A stretch of DNA of 64,000 bases. Origin: a virus. Its lineage: Duplodnaviria > Heunggongvirae > Uroviricota > Caudoviricetes. The stretch is taken from IMG/VR virus record IMGVR_UViG_2718218136_000001. One strand, written 5' to 3'. The position numbers and the translations under genes are program-made. Of the stretch, positions 32,604-45,335 are shown in pieces. Position 1 is the first letter of the stretch. Each line of letters begins with the position of its first letter. The notes beneath the pieces were generated by a model. It ran no database searches. It was not told where the DNA came from and saw only the letters and a program-made list of their open reading frames with translations.

Positions 32604-33182
32604 ATGTTGCGCTTTACTGAGGAAGAGTTTCAGGCTTTTAGTGAGCGTCGAAATAAGGGGCGGTCCAGGCCAAAAACCAAAAAGGATCCATTCTTATCGC
32701 TTGCGCCGGTAAAAGAAGTTTCTCCACATGCGAAGGCACTTGCAGCACTGGCAAAGAACCCAGACCTGCGCGACGGAAATTGCGAGCACTTCGAGCAGGT
32801 TTTCATTTTTGATTACTTCGAACGCAAGCACCCTGACATCTATGAGCTGTTGCATGCAACGCCTAACGGAGGGAAGCGTTCAAAAGCAACCGCCGGGAAA
32901 ATGAAGGCTGAAGGGCAGAAAAAAGGTTATCCGGACATGAGTCTCGATAAAGCATGCGGTATTTATCACGGCATGCGAATTGAGCTTAAAGAACCAAATG
33001 GTAAAGCCCCGACGAAAGAGCAGATCGCCTGGATGCGCAGGCTTAGAGAGGAAGGCTACTACGTTGTTCTTGCGTATGGTGCAGAACAAGCGATTACCGC
33101 CATCCTGGAATACATAAGTCTTAAAAAGGGTGAGGCTATTGAGCATGTATTGAACGGCGATAAGTGGTTGCATGCTGCTTAA
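32604..33182 (+). CDS. VRR-NUC domain nuclease
   Basis: GYPDMSLDKACGIYHGMRIELKEPNG fits the PD-(D/E)xK VRR-NUC core. Confidence 0.55.
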   Translation: MLRFTEEEFQAFSERRNKGRSRPKTKKDPFLSLAPVKEVSPHAKALAALAKNPDLRDGNCEHFEQVFIFDYFERKHPDIYELLHATPNGGKRSKATAGKMKAEGQKKGYPDMSLDKACGIYHGMRIELKEPNGKAPTKEQIAWMRRLREEGYYVVLAYGAEQAITAILEYISLKKGEAIEHVLNGDKWLHAA

Positions 33183-33378
33183 AATAATAAATTAATTAGT
33201 GCATATGTGTTCTTTGATACAGCGCACATTAACATCGGGAGAATAATCGTGTCATCCAAGGCTAATTATGAATCGCTGGCATCGATCATGCCGCGTAATG
33301 AACAGGAAGCAGATGCTGTCGTGGACCCGGTAATCGCTGAAATGAATGCTCGCCTGGAGGCTGAATTTGCAGCTGAGA

Positions 33379-34008
33379 ATGAACATACCACCCAGGGCGA
33401 CTAGGACTGTTTTTTGTGTCGGTAGCGGTCCGTCACTCACTCGTGAGGACTGTGCTGCTATAGAAAAAACTGGCTGTTCAATCATCGCGGTTAACAATTC
33501 CTGGCAGATGTTCGATGACATTTATGCCTTATACGCCGGTGATTTGTCATGGTGGAAGCAATACGGATCCACCATACCGGGAGGGAGATTCCGCAAAGTG
33601 ACAGCCAACCTGGCGGCGGCGAAATCATTTTCGTTGGAGTACAGGCGATATTGTGGACCGGCGGAAGGGGTAAATAGCGGCGCGCAGGCTATCAGTCTGG
33701 CTGCTGAATCAGGGGCTGAAGTAGTGGTATTAGTCGGCTATGACTGTTCTCTGCAAAACGGCCTTCATTGGCATGGCGCGCACCCTCAAGCCCTACGGAA
33801 TCCAACGCAGGTGTCTATTTCAAAATGGCAACAGCAGTTCCTGGATACCCGCAAAAAACACGCAGATTTACATATTTTGAATGCAAGTAGGAGCAGTGCA
33901 ATTCAATGTTTCCCAAGAATAAATTTAGAGGCAGTGATCGCGTTATTATCGTCGGCAGTGGCCCAAGCGCCGCAAACTTTGTTGCGCCGCGCGGAGTGCC
34001 GATTATAG
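33379..34008 (+). CDS. GxGPS-motif protein, paralog A
   Basis: FCVGSGPSL near the N-terminus; paralogous to the next ORF; ORF in the track starts at 33346. Confidence 0.4.
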   Translation: MNIPPRATRTVFCVGSGPSLTREDCAAIEKTGCSIIAVNNSWQMFDDIYALYAGDLSWWKQYGSTIPGGRFRKVTANLAAAKSFSLEYRRYCGPAEGVNSGAQAISLAAESGAEVVVLVGYDCSLQNGLHWHGAHPQALRNPTQVSISKWQQQFLDTRKKHADLHILNASRSSAIQCFPRINLEAVIALLSSAVAQAPQTLLRRAECRL

Positions 34009-34532
34009 CGGTCAATGGGGCTATCGACTGGCTTAACCGCGCTTCTTATTTTTTCACCCTTGATCCATCCCCAGACAATATGCGGCGCGTTGGTCGTGGC
34101 CGCCGTCGCCGTGGTGTTTGTTATTGCATGGCACTACCCGATGTTAAAGAACGTGAAGTCAGAGATGGCGTTCTGTGCTTCCGTCGTGTGGCTGAACGCG
34201 GCATGGAGCCAAAAAATACGAATTCTCCCGAGTGGTGGGCGTGGCGCTGGTCCGCACATTTCGGCCTTTGCGAAGATGAGAATGAAATTGCCAGCGGCAA
34301 TAGTGCATATGGTGCTCTGAACCTGGCTTTCCATATCGGATTCAAACATGTAGCTCTGGTGGGCGTTGACGCTACGCAAGAACTACGCGTTCACTCCGGC
34401 GGCACGCCAAAAAATCTAAGTCACCTGCCTTTGTTATTCCAGTCTGCGCGTGAACAGATTGACGTTGTTTCATGCGGGAAAATGGGAGGTATTCCGCAGA
34501 TGACTCTTAAAGAATGGCTGAAGAATACATGA
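33906..34532 (+). CDS. GxGPS-motif protein, paralog B
   Basis: [16 protein letters not shown]...IIAVNGA parallels the N-terminus of paralog A. Confidence 0.4.
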   Translation: MFPKNKFRGSDRVIIVGSGPSAANFVAPRGVPIIAVNGAIDWLNRASYFFTLDPSPDNMRRVGRGRRRRGVCYCMALPDVKEREVRDGVLCFRRVAERGMEPKNTNSPEWWAWRWSAHFGLCEDENEIASGNSAYGALNLAFHIGFKHVALVGVDATQELRVHSGGTPKNLSHLPLLFQSAREQIDVVSCGKMGGIPQMTLKEWLKNT

Positions 34533-35206
34533 TGGCACCCACAATTTATCACCGTATCGACGGTACCAAATACAGGAATGTCTGGGTTGTTGGTGATCTG
34601 CATGGTTGCTACACCAGACTGATGTCCGAACTCCATCGTGTGGATTTTGACCCGGCGCAGGATTTACTGATATCGGTCGGCGACCTTATCGATCGCGGTA
34701 CTGAAAATGTCGAATGTCTGGAACTATTGCAGATGCCCTGGTTCAGGGCAGTGATGGGGAACCATGAGCGGCTGATGATTGATGCGTTAAGTCCAGATGG
34801 CAACGTGAATAACTGGCTAATGAATGGCGGACAATGGTTCTTCATGCTGGACACTGATCAGGAAATATTAGCCTGGGCGCTGGTGGAGCTGGTAAAGCGT
34901 CTGCCCTATATCATTGAGTTGAACACGGGGCAAGAAACTATCGTTATAGCCCATGCCGACTATCCGGATAATGAATACCAATTCGGTAAGGAGGTGCCGC
35001 TTTTCAACGTTGTCTGGGCGCGCGAGCGTATCAGTGATTCGATGGATGATATTGGTGGCGAAATTTCGGGCGCAGATCGTTTTATCTTTGGTCACACTCC
35101 GGTGAAAAGCCCGAAGACATTCTGGAATCAGCAGTATATCGACACTGGTGCCGTATTTTGCGGAAACCTGACATTGATGAAAGTGAAAGGTGATGGTGCA
35201 GCATGA
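34514..35206 (+). CDS. ppp: Ser/Thr protein phosphatase (lambda-PPase family)
   Basis: Metallophosphatase motifs GDLHG, GDLIDRG, GNHE in canonical order. Confidence 0.75.
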   Translation: MAEEYMMAPTIYHRIDGTKYRNVWVVGDLHGCYTRLMSELHRVDFDPAQDLLISVGDLIDRGTENVECLELLQMPWFRAVMGNHERLMIDALSPDGNVNNWLMNGGQWFFMLDTDQEILAWALVELVKRLPYIIELNTGQETIVIAHADYPDNEYQFGKEVPLFNVVWARERISDSMDDIGGEISGADRFIFGHTPVKSPKTFWNQQYIDTGAVFCGNLTLMKVKGDGAA

Positions 35207-36204
35207 AGATTGCTTTAGTTTTTCGCTCTGGTGGTGACTATAACGCTTCCGATGTGCAGTGGCTGGTTAATCAACTGCCAAAAGGCTATGAAATTATTTG
35301 CCTGACAGACCTGAAGCGTTTACATGTACCTGGCGTCAAAGTTGTCCCATTGATCAACCAGTGGCAAAAGTGCCGTGGCTGGTGGGCGAAAATCGAGTTG
35401 TTCCGACCGGATATAACCGATGATCTGTTCTATCTGGATTTGGACACGGTTATTGCCGGTGATATACGCCCAATCCTAGAGCATCCACCAACCAGCTTCA
35501 CCATGCTTAGGGATTTTTACCATCCACAATATCGTGGCAGCGGTGCCCTGTGGATACCAAATAGTGTTAAAGCGCATATCTGGAGTTCATTCTGGCAAGA
35601 TCCGGAAGGTTGGATTTCTCGTTGTGTCACTACTGAGTGCTGGGGTGACCAGGGGTTCTTACGAAAGGTTATGGGCGATGATACACCAGCATTTCAGGAT
35701 CTGTATCCAGGATGGTTTGTAAGTTACAAGGCCGATGTTGTGGAACCTGGTTCAAAATATGCGAGCGCGCGTTACTCCAGGGGGAATGGGGCATTACCAA
35801 AAGACTGCCGAATAATCTTTTTCCACGGCAAACCGCGACCTCGCGAAGTGTCAGAGGATTGGCTTCCCCTTATCAGCTCATTTTTTGAGCGAGAATCAGA
35901 ATATTATTGCTCTAATAATTCCGTATTTTTAAAACGTGATGTACACTCATCACGTTTTTTATTAGAGCAATCTACAAGGTGCACTATGTGGCCATTCCGA
36001 CGGAAATATCACTACTGGCTGATCGCCTTTGTTACGCCGACCGGCGGTATCAGGCATGTCATCACCAGGTATCGCAACAAGAGACTCACCTTAGCCAGAA
36101 TTTTACAGGCTGCCATAGGTGAGGGACTGGATACAAATTGCGTAGTCCTTCCTCCTTCATACTTAGGAAAAATGACCGAAGCACAAGCTAATACGGAACT
36201 TTGA
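35203..36204 (+). CDS. hypothetical protein with DxD-like motif; 3' third may be a separate unit
   Basis: 333-aa continuous ORF; [11 protein letters not shown] resembles a glycosyltransferase DxD motif; a C1-operator pair and hairpin lie inside the ORF at 35906-35971. Confidence 0.4.
   Translation: MKIALVFRSGGDYNASDVQWLVNQLPKGYEIICLTDLKRLHVPGVKVVPLINQWQKCRGWWAKIELFRPDITDDLFYLDLDTVIAGDIRPILEHPPTSFTMLRDFYHPQYRGSGALWIPNSVKAHIWSSFWQDPEGWISRCVTTECWGDQGFLRKVMGDDTPAFQDLYPGWFVSYKADVVEPGSKYASARYSRGNGALPKDCRIIFFHGKPRPREVSEDWLPLISSFFERESEYYCSNNSVFLKRDVHSSRFLLEQSTRCTMWPFRRKYHYWLIAFVTPTGGIRHVITRYRNKRLTLARILQAAIGEGLDTNCVVLPPSYLGKMTEAQANTEL
35906..35971. promoter_or_regulatory. inverted pair of C1 operators flanking a perfect hairpin with T-run
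   Basis: attgctctaataattcc (35906-35922, +) and gattgctctaataaaaaa (35955-35971, -) flank aaaacgtgatgtacactcatcacgtttttt. Confidence 0.5.
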
Positions 36205-36205
36205 A

Positions 36206-37468
36206 ATGAGCACTTCAGCACAAAACCAATCAATCGAAAATGTATGTATCCCTGATGTCCTGAATGCCGGTATCCCGGCCATTATCCAGAACATCCGGGC
36301 CGCGCAACGCCGCGTTAGTTGTGATGACCTCACAGCACGTTTTTTTGATAATGCGGTTCAGTCAGCGGAGATGCTTCACGCACAGCTTATTGATGTTTAT
36401 AACGCAGAAGCTGATAGCCATAACTCCCTGGTAGATGCAGCTGAAAATATGCAGTTGGATCTCGGTCTGAAGGGTAAAGAAATTGAAGAGCTTCAGCTGG
36501 AAATTGAACATTTGAAACGCCAGCAACAGGACGCGATCGACGATGCGACGCATGACGCCAACCAGCGTGCTGATAATGCCGAACGTATAAGCATTGAGCT
36601 GGAAACAAAACTCAATGAAATGACCGCGATGGTTGAACTGCGGAACTCACAGATTTCAACGCTAAAATCTCAATATAAAGAGATCATGAAACTTGATCCT
36701 TTTAACCTTGAGAAACGCTATAACAAAGCTAAAAGCGAGCGACAGGAACTGCGTAAGCAGGTCGCCGACCTTAACCAACAGCTCAAAAAAACTATTAAAG
36801 ATGCAAGCGAGGCGCGCGTGGCATTTGCTAATAAAAAAGCAGAGGTTACCGCGCTGGTTAATGAGAATGCCAAATTTGCGACGCTCAAGAAGGAAATGTA
36901 TGGCATTACTGAGCGCCGTTTCCCTGCAAGCAAACTTCATCCGACGTTAGGGCAAATCTCCTTCTTCCCGCGCCTCCTGGCTTATGGGATCTCATCGCCT
37001 AAAGAGTTCAATAACGAGCGTCCTTATATCGTTTCTAAGCTGGACTTTGCTTATCAGTTCTGCTGCGACATGGGCTATGCCATTGATATCCGAATCAACG
37101 AATGGTTGATGCCAAACTTCCAGCCGTTGGCAATTTTCCGCGAGTTCCAGCCGGAAGGTTGGGTAGAGTTCTTCCATGAATTGATCTGTAAAGAGATGGA
37201 AAGCCGCCGCCCGGAATTGGTCCGTCGAGTTGAGTGGGCGCAAGAGGTTATGTTGGCAGATGCAGAGCTGCCGTTCGAACCGGAATTCATTGATGATCTG
37301 GCAACTAAAGGGTTGCATACCCTGTTTGATGTGGTTACCCGCCGTCATGAGCAGTTGGTTGTCGAATTGGGTTTAGAGGAAACTGCGGCAAGAAGACTTC
37401 TCGATGTTTGCTATGCACGTAGCGATGCATGGGAAAAAGAGAACGGCGGCACTATTTACGTTCGCTGA
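36206..37468 (+). CDS. coiled-coil protein
   Basis: 420 aa; residues about 90-240 are heptad-rich (EELQLEIEHLKRQQQ..., ELRKQVADLNQQLKK). Confidence 0.5.
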   Translation: MSTSAQNQSIENVCIPDVLNAGIPAIIQNIRAAQRRVSCDDLTARFFDNAVQSAEMLHAQLIDVYNAEADSHNSLVDAAENMQLDLGLKGKEIEELQLEIEHLKRQQQDAIDDATHDANQRADNAERISIELETKLNEMTAMVELRNSQISTLKSQYKEIMKLDPFNLEKRYNKAKSERQELRKQVADLNQQLKKTIKDASEARVAFANKKAEVTALVNENAKFATLKKEMYGITERRFPASKLHPTLGQISFFPRLLAYGISSPKEFNNERPYIVSKLDFAYQFCCDMGYAIDIRINEWLMPNFQPLAIFREFQPEGWVEFFHELICKEMESRRPELVRRVEWAQEVMLADAELPFEPEFIDDLATKGLHTLFDVVTRRHEQLVVELGLEETAARRLLDVCYARSDAWEKENGGTIYVR

Positions 37469-37540
37469 TAGTTACAGTGTCACTTTTAATGCTGGTGGAG
37501 TGCTCCCACCAGCATTTTTTTCGTCCAATGAGGAGGGCAT

Positions 37541-38047
37541 TTGAGTATTTTCAATAAACACGCACACCAGGAACGTCCGTACATCGTCATAGTAGATATT
37601 GATGGGACGATATCAGAGGCAACGGAAGACAGGCTGCATTTACTTCCACCACCTGGCAAAGGTGCATTAACAGAGCACTGGAACGAGTTTAACCTTGCCT
37701 GTGACACTGATGCTCCCATCACTCCAGTTATTGATATGGTGCGCCAGTTATTTAACGTTTACACGGTCTGGTTTGTAACCGGGCGCTGTGAGATCGCAAG
37801 GGATAAAACACGAGCCTGGCTGCGGAAGTACGTAACAAACGGTGCTGAGCCTTTGCTATCTATGCGTCCTGCCACCGATGACAGAAATGACGGCCCAGCA
37901 AAGATTGATCTCCTTAAGAAAATTGGTCTAAGTAAAATCGCGTTCGCACTGGAAGATAAGATTGAAGTGGCGCGTGTTTTCAGGAGTCACGGCGTACTTA
38001 CGTTAATGGTCAGGGAGTATGAAAACGCACTTCTTCATCAACAATAA
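37541..38047 (+). CDS. HAD-like phosphatase (DxDGT motif)
   Basis: N-terminal IVIVDIDGTISE is HAD motif I; size fits small nucleotidases or Pnk-phosphatase-like proteins. Confidence 0.45.
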   Translation: MSIFNKHAHQERPYIVIVDIDGTISEATEDRLHLLPPPGKGALTEHWNEFNLACDTDAPITPVIDMVRQLFNVYTVWFVTGRCEIARDKTRAWLRKYVTNGAEPLLSMRPATDDRNDGPAKIDLLKKIGLSKIAFALEDKIEVARVFRSHGVLTLMVREYENALLHQQ

Positions 38048-38062
38048 TTGCTCTAATAAATC
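38046..38062 (+). promoter_or_regulatory. C1 operator
   Basis: attgctctaataaatct overlapping the stop codon of the HAD-like gene. Confidence 0.55.
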
Positions 38063-38313
38063 TTGATTTTTAAAACAGGGAAAGTGAAAATAAAAACATG
38101 CCGCAAGGGGCGCGGCATGTATCCAATCAATCACAGGAGCTGAAGATATGAACACGGCATTCAAAATCATTATGACCGCGATCTATTTCTGGCTGTTCTC
38201 TATCACTTTTGGCGGCATCGTCGCTCATGGGTAAGGGGAGTATATTAGCCATTTGGGACCCCACGGTCTCTTGCGGGTTTAATTAAGAACCCGCAAGAAA
38301 AATACGAATTGGG

Positions 38314-41300
38314 CTATATTTTTCCGCCTACGCCTTTAAACTTCTCAATAAACGAGACGATTTTCTGGAAAACTGCCTGTTTTTTCGTTTTATATTGCGG
38401 ATTTAACGGACTAAGTTTTGGTAATGTTTCGTTTAATTCTGTGCCATTTTCGGTGGCATATTCGCGTTTTAAAGACGTGCGAATATAGCGTTTTGCTGCA
38501 TCTTCATTGAGATTTTCTTCTTTTATCAATGCTTCTGCTTCACGTTGCTGTTCGCGTTGAGCAAACGTAAAGAATGCGTCAATGATGCTGGCTTTGTCCG
38601 GTAAATCATCCAGGTTCGTTTGCTGAATAAAATCGACCACCAGGCCCTCTTTAGCACGGTTCCCTAGGCTTGAACGAATTAAGCGTTTGACCTCTTCGAT
38701 CATTTCGCCCTTGCCTTTATTTTGTCTGTTGTGTTCGAAAATCAGTCCAAGGATATAATCCAGGTTTATTTCCTGAGACTTCAGCAAATCGACCTCAAAA
38801 ACTACGTCATCCCAGTCAGTGGTTGATTTCTCTTTTTTCTCAGCTTCTTTCTCACGGCGCTGCCAGTCGCGAATATCGTTATAGGCAGAACGATAATCCT
38901 GAATCTTGCGATCAGCAGGGAGACGAATTGTTTGCAATTTAGCGAACTTTTCATCATCCACATAATGCTCTGCTTTGAATTTTTCTACCGCAACAGGATC
39001 GCTAAGATCGATTTGTTGCAGGGCTTTTAGCGTGGCAAATTCATCATAGTTTTGCAGGATGTTCTCGGCACGCAGGTATTCGCCAAACAGTTTAACGAAG
39101 TCTTTCTTCTCTTTTTCACTTTCAATACTGGTAGGGTCAGGGAACCGTTGTTCCAGTTCTGAAACTACTGTCATAAAGCCGCGTTTAGCTTCACCAGTAG
39201 CAGCATCAGTAAAGCCTTCCATATACTCTGTATAACTCTTTTCTAACACCACATTTTTGGTGTTTTTGTCACCAAACAGCGTTATGGCATCAATAGTTGA
39301 GCGTTCCAGATCCCGGAAAGTGACGATATTACCGAAGGTTTTAGTAGCGTCATAAATGCGGTTGGTGCGGGAAAATGCCTGCATCAGGCCGTGAAAACGC
39401 AAGTTTTTATCGACGAATAGCGTGTTCAATGTTGGAGCATCGAAGCCGGTTAAAAACATCCCCACGACGATTAACAAGTCAACATCCTGATTTTTAACCC
39501 GCTGAGCCAGGTCCCGATAGTAGTTCTGAAAACCCTTGCTATCAGTACTGAAATTCATTTGAAAATGGTCGTTATATTCACGAATTGCAGCATCCAGAAA
39601 CTCTTTAGCACTGCTGTCCATTGCGCTGGTATCAAAAGTTTCATCGGAAATTTCACCAATGGCATTTTGTTCTTCATTAGCGGCAAAGGAGAAGATTGTC
39701 GCAACACGCAGCGGTTTATAGGTAGCCGATTTATTAGCGGCTTCTTCTTGTAACCGTTTAAACGTCGCATAATAGGCTTTCGCGGCATCCACGCTGCTCA
39801 CTGCCAGCATGGCATTAAAGCCTTTGGAGCCTGGGAAGGTACGGTGGGTTTTCTGGCGGAAGTTGTTCAGGATATATTGCGTGATTTCCTGAATACGCAT
39901 GGGATGAAGAAACGCCTGCTGATTTTCAGCCGCACTCAGTTTTTTCTCGTCAGTTTCTGTCTCTAAAGACTTAAACTGTGGCCGCACATCGTTGTAGTCC
40001 ACCTTGAATTTGAGCACTTTTTCGTCACGAATCGCATCGGTAATTACATACGAATGCAATTCACGACCAAATACGCTGGCGGTTGTTTCTGAGCCTAAGG
40101 CGTTTTCCGGGAAAATAGGGGTGCCGGTAAAACCAAACTGATAATAGCGTTTGAATTTCTTCTTCAGGTTTTTCTGCGCTTCTCCAAACTGGCTGCGGTG
40201 GCATTCATCAAATATAAACACCACTTGCTGATTATATACAGGCAGGTCGCTTTCTGCTTTCATCAGATTATTGAGTTTCTGAATAGTAGTGACGATAATT
40301 TTGTTATCGTCCTTATCCAGATTTCGTTTAAGGCCTGCGGTATTTTCCGAGCCGTTGACGCTGTCTGGCGAAAAACGCTGATATTCCTTCATGGTCTGGT
40401 AATCGAGGTCTTTCCTGTCGACCACAAAGAAGACTTTATCAATAAAGTCCAGCTCTGTTGCCAGACGCGCGGCTTTAAAGCTGGTGAGGGTTTTACCAGA
40501 ACCGGTAGTGTGCCAGATATACCCACCGCTTTCCGGTTTTGACCAGTTCTTCGCTGTAAAGGAACTCTTAATTTTCCACAGAATGCGCTCGGTGGCGGCA
40601 ATCTGGTACGGTCGCATCACCAGTAGCGTCTGACTACTGTCAAAAACGCTGTAGTTCACCAGAACATTCAGCAGAGTATGTTTCTGGAAAAAGGTAGCGG
40701 TAAAGTCTTTGAGGTCTTTAATCAGCGTGTTGTCTGATTTCGCCCAATTCATGGTGAAGTCAAAACTGTTTTTATCGCGCTTTGTCGTGTTGGCAAAATA
40801 ACGGGTATCGGTGCCGTTAGAAATGACAAACAGTTGCAGATACTTAAACAGGGAATTTTCGCTGTTAAAACTCTCTTTACTGTAACGATGTATCTGGTTG
40901 AAAGCCTCACGAATCGCCACCCCGCGTTTTTTTAGTTCGATTTGCACCAGCGGTAAACCATTAACCAGGATCGTGACGTCATAACGGTTAGCATGAGAAC
41001 CCGTCTGTTCAAACTGCTGGATAATCTGCACCTTATTGCGCATGAGATTCTTTTTATCTATCAAATAGATGTTCTCAAGTCGCTCGTCATCAAAAATAAA
41101 GTCGCAAATATAGTCGATATGGATTTTACGGGTCTTATCCAGAATGCCATCGCTCGGGTTGTCCAGATACTGCTCCGTGAAACGCCGCCACTCGCTGTCA
41201 TTAAACACCACACCATTGAGGCTCTGAAGCTGTTGTCGAACATTGGCCAGCATCGCCGACTGAGATTTTACGGATATAAATTCATAGCCCTGATTTCGCA

Positions 41301-41430
41301 GGTCCTGAATCAGTTCACGTTCCAGGTCCGATTCGCTCTGGTAGCTGTCGCCTGTTGGCTCAGCTTTGATGTACTTATCAAGAACGATAAAGTTATTGGA
41401 TTCAGCAATGGTGTGTGTCTGATGAGTCAT
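38314..41430 (-). CDS. hsdR: type I restriction enzyme R subunit (EcoR124-like, family IC)
   Basis: 1038 aa; SF2 motifs GSGKT ([11 protein letters not shown]) and DEAH-type [10 protein letters not shown]; same length as EcoR124I HsdR as recalled. Confidence 0.85.
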   Translation of the reverse strand: MTHQTHTIAESNNFIVLDKYIKAEPTGDSYQSESDLERELIQDLRNQGYEFISVKSQSAMLANVRQQLQSLNGVVFNDSEWRRFTEQYLDNPSDGILDKTRKIHIDYICDFIFDDERLENIYLIDKKNLMRNKVQIIQQFEQTGSHANRYDVTILVNGLPLVQIELKKRGVAIREAFNQIHRYSKESFNSENSLFKYLQLFVISNGTDTRYFANTTKRDKNSFDFTMNWAKSDNTLIKDLKDFTATFFQKHTLLNVLVNYSVFDSSQTLLVMRPYQIAATERILWKIKSSFTAKNWSKPESGGYIWHTTGSGKTLTSFKAARLATELDFIDKVFFVVDRKDLDYQTMKEYQRFSPDSVNGSENTAGLKRNLDKDDNKIIVTTIQKLNNLMKAESDLPVYNQQVVFIFDECHRSQFGEAQKNLKKKFKRYYQFGFTGTPIFPENALGSETTASVFGRELHSYVITDAIRDEKVLKFKVDYNDVRPQFKSLETETDEKKLSAAENQQAFLHPMRIQEITQYILNNFRQKTHRTFPGSKGFNAMLAVSSVDAAKAYYATFKRLQEEAANKSATYKPLRVATIFSFAANEEQNAIGEISDETFDTSAMDSSAKEFLDAAIREYNDHFQMNFSTDSKGFQNYYRDLAQRVKNQDVDLLIVVGMFLTGFDAPTLNTLFVDKNLRFHGLMQAFSRTNRIYDATKTFGNIVTFRDLERSTIDAITLFGDKNTKNVVLEKSYTEYMEGFTDAATGEAKRGFMTVVSELEQRFPDPTSIESEKEKKDFVKLFGEYLRAENILQNYDEFATLKALQQIDLSDPVAVEKFKAEHYVDDEKFAKLQTIRLPADRKIQDYRSAYNDIRDWQRREKEAEKKEKSTTDWDDVVFEVDLLKSQEINLDYILGLIFEHNRQNKGKGEMIEEVKRLIRSSLGNRAKEGLVVDFIQQTNLDDLPDKASIIDAFFTFAQREQQREAEALIKEENLNEDAAKRYIRTSLKREYATENGTELNETLPKLSPLNPQYKTKKQAVFQKIVSFIEKFKGVGGKI

Positions 41431-41551
41431 AGCGCATCCTTTGTGCCGTCTGGCAAGGGCCGGAAGGGGGGTAATGGTGACTTCCGGCGCGTAAAAAATA
41501 GTCTATATACTGACCGGGTGTTAAGGTGGTCCGATCGGTAGCAATGATCAA

Positions 41552-42783
<1,232 letters not shown>

Positions 42784-42787
<4 letters not shown>

Positions 42788-44346
42788 TTTTGCACCTCGC
42801 AGCCTTCAATTTCAGCCACAATCGCATCAATATCTTTACGCAACTGGTCGATTTTGCTGACCGTGGTTTTCAGCTCAGCATTCAGCTCAGCAATATCGAT
42901 AATTTCGCGGTTATCTTTCGCTTCCACATAGCTGCTCACCGACAGGTTATAGTCATTAGCAACAACGGTCTCAAACGCGACAGATTTCGCCAGATGAGCA
43001 ACATCTTCCTTGCTGGCAAATACCTGCATAATCTGTTCGATATGGGTATCGGTCAGGATATTGTTGTTAGTCTCTTTTTTGAACAGTTCGCTGGCGTCAA
43101 TAAACTGAACGTTGGTATCCGTTTTATGTTTGGACAGAACCAGAATGTTTACTGCAATGGTGGTGCCAAAGAACAGGTTCGGTGCCAGTGAAATTACGGT
43201 TTCGACATAGTTATTGTCAATCAGATACTGACGGATTTTCTGCTCCGCGCCGCCACGGTAAAAAATACCCGGGAAGCAAACAATCGCAGCACGACCTTTG
43301 GCAGAAAGATAGTTCAGCGCATGTAGTACAAAGGCGAAGTCAGCTTTTGATTTGGGGGCCAGAACGCCAGCCGGGGCAAAACGCTCATCGTTAATCAGTG
43401 TCGGGTCATCGCTGCCAATCCATTTCACCGAATACGGCGGGTTAGAAACGATGGCATCAAACGGTTTTTCATCTCTGAAGTGCGGCTCAGTCAGTGTATT
43501 ACCCAGCCTGATATCAAACTTGTCGTAGTTGATGTTGTGCAAAAACATGTTCATACGCGCCAGATTATAGGTCGTATGGTTGATTTCCTGACCGAAAAAG
43601 CCTTCTTCGATGATATGGTTATCAAACTGCTTTTTAGCCTGCAACAACAGTGAGCCGGAACCCGCTGCCGGGTCGTAGATTTTGTTAACGTTGGTCTGCC
43701 CGTGCATAGCCAGTTGTGCAATCAGCCTGGAGACGTGCTGCGGTGTAAAGAACTCACCGCCTGACTTACCAGCATTCGCCGCATAGTTAGAAATCAGGAA
43801 CTCATAGGCATCGCCGAACAGGTCAATCTGATGTTCGTTAAAGTCGCCAAGCTTTAAGCCTTCAACCCCTTTCAGGACCGCAGCCAGGCGGGCATTTTTA
43901 TCCTTAACGGTGTTACCCAGGCGGTTACTGGTGGTATCGAAATCAGCAAACAGACCTTTGATGTCTGCTTCTGAAGGATAACCGTAAGCAGAACTTTCGA
44001 TAGCAACGAAGATGCTGTTTAAATCTGCATTCAGTCTGTCATTGGTATTTGCTTTCGCCGCTACGTTGCAGAAAAGCTGACTGGGGTAGATGAAGTAGCC
44101 TTTAGTTTTGATGGCATCGTCTTTAATATCATCAGTAATTACGCTGTCATCCAGTTTCGCATAACAGATACTGTCATCACCGGCTTCAATATAGCTGGAA
44201 AAATTTTCGCTGATAAAACGGTAGAAAAGTGCGCCCAGAACGTATTGCTTAAAATCCCATCCATCGACCGAACCCCTGACATCGTTAGCAATTTGCCAGA
44301 TTTGACGATGAAGCTCTGCACGTTGTTGAATACTTGTCATTTTCAT
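42784..44346 (-). CDS. hsdM: type I N6-adenine methyltransferase M subunit
   Basis: 520 aa with VSNPPYS motif IV and AdoMet-binding region; stop overlaps the hsdS start. Confidence 0.85.
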
Positions 44347-44522
44347 CCACTTATTTCAGGCTTATGTAATTGGATGTGATTCTACAGCAACTTGGATGCT
44401 TTAGCAGTTCGGATATTAGGCTACGAATGACCTGCCTAGAGGTTTGTTAAGCCGCAAAGTGCTGGTGCTTTATGTCTGTGAAGTTTATAATTGCGTACAC
44501 ATAACGAGTACACGAGGTATTT

Positions 44523-44744
44523 ATGCAATCCATTAACTTCCGTACCGCGCGCGGCAACCTTTCTGAAGTGCTCAACAATGTTGAAGCCGGGGAAGAGGTT
44601 GAAATCACCCGCAGAGGCCGTGAGCCAGCAGTAATTGTCAGCAAGGCTACTTTCGAAGCCTACAAAAAAGCGGCGCTGGATGCTGAATTTGCATCCCTGT
44701 TTGACACCCTGGACTCCACCAACAAGGAACTGGTTAACCGATAA
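44523..44744 (+). CDS. phd: antitoxin Phd
   Basis: 73 aa [56 protein letters not shown]...; stop overlaps the doc start. Confidence 0.9.
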
Positions 44745-45124
44745 TGAGGCATATATCACCGGAAGAACTTATTGCGCTTCATGATGCGAATATAAGCCGC
44801 TACGGCGGCCTGCCGGGAATGTCAGATCCGGGTAGGGCAGAGGCCATTATCGGGAGAGTTCAGGCCAGAGTTGCCTACGAAGAGATCACCGACCTTTTCG
44901 AAGTCTCCGCCACCTACCTGGTGGCTACAGCGAGAGGGCATATATTCAATGATGCCAATAAGCGTACCGCGCTAAACAGCGCGCTGCTATTTCTACGCCG
45001 TAACGGGGTGCAGGTATTTGATTCACCTGAACTGGTAGACCTTACCGTAGGGGCTGCGACCGGAGAGATATCTGTATCTTCTGTCGCCGACACGTTACGT
45101 AGATTGTATGGTTCTGCGGAGTAG
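44744..45124 (+). CDS. doc: toxin Doc (Fic-fold kinase)
   Basis: 126 aa; Fic-like motif [11 protein letters not shown]; directly downstream of phd. Confidence 0.9.
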
Positions 45125-45308
45125 ATTAATGGCACGTAAATACAACAAGTTGTCCCGTGAAGCGTTAAAGATGCTTCTTGATGGCGTGAGCCGCCGCAAG
45201 GTAAAGCAATACCTGGTTGGTAAGCAAATTGGAGTCAGGACCGCTATTGCTGTGTTATGCCGTCAGGAAATGGTTGTGCTTAAACAGAGAATGCCGGGCA
45301 GCAGATAA
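45108..45308 (+). CDS. small hypothetical protein (post-doc position)
   Basis: 66-aa ORF; likely start MARKYNKL. Confidence 0.3.
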
Positions 45309-45335
45309 AGCCCAATCAGTGATTAAAGGTGTGAT

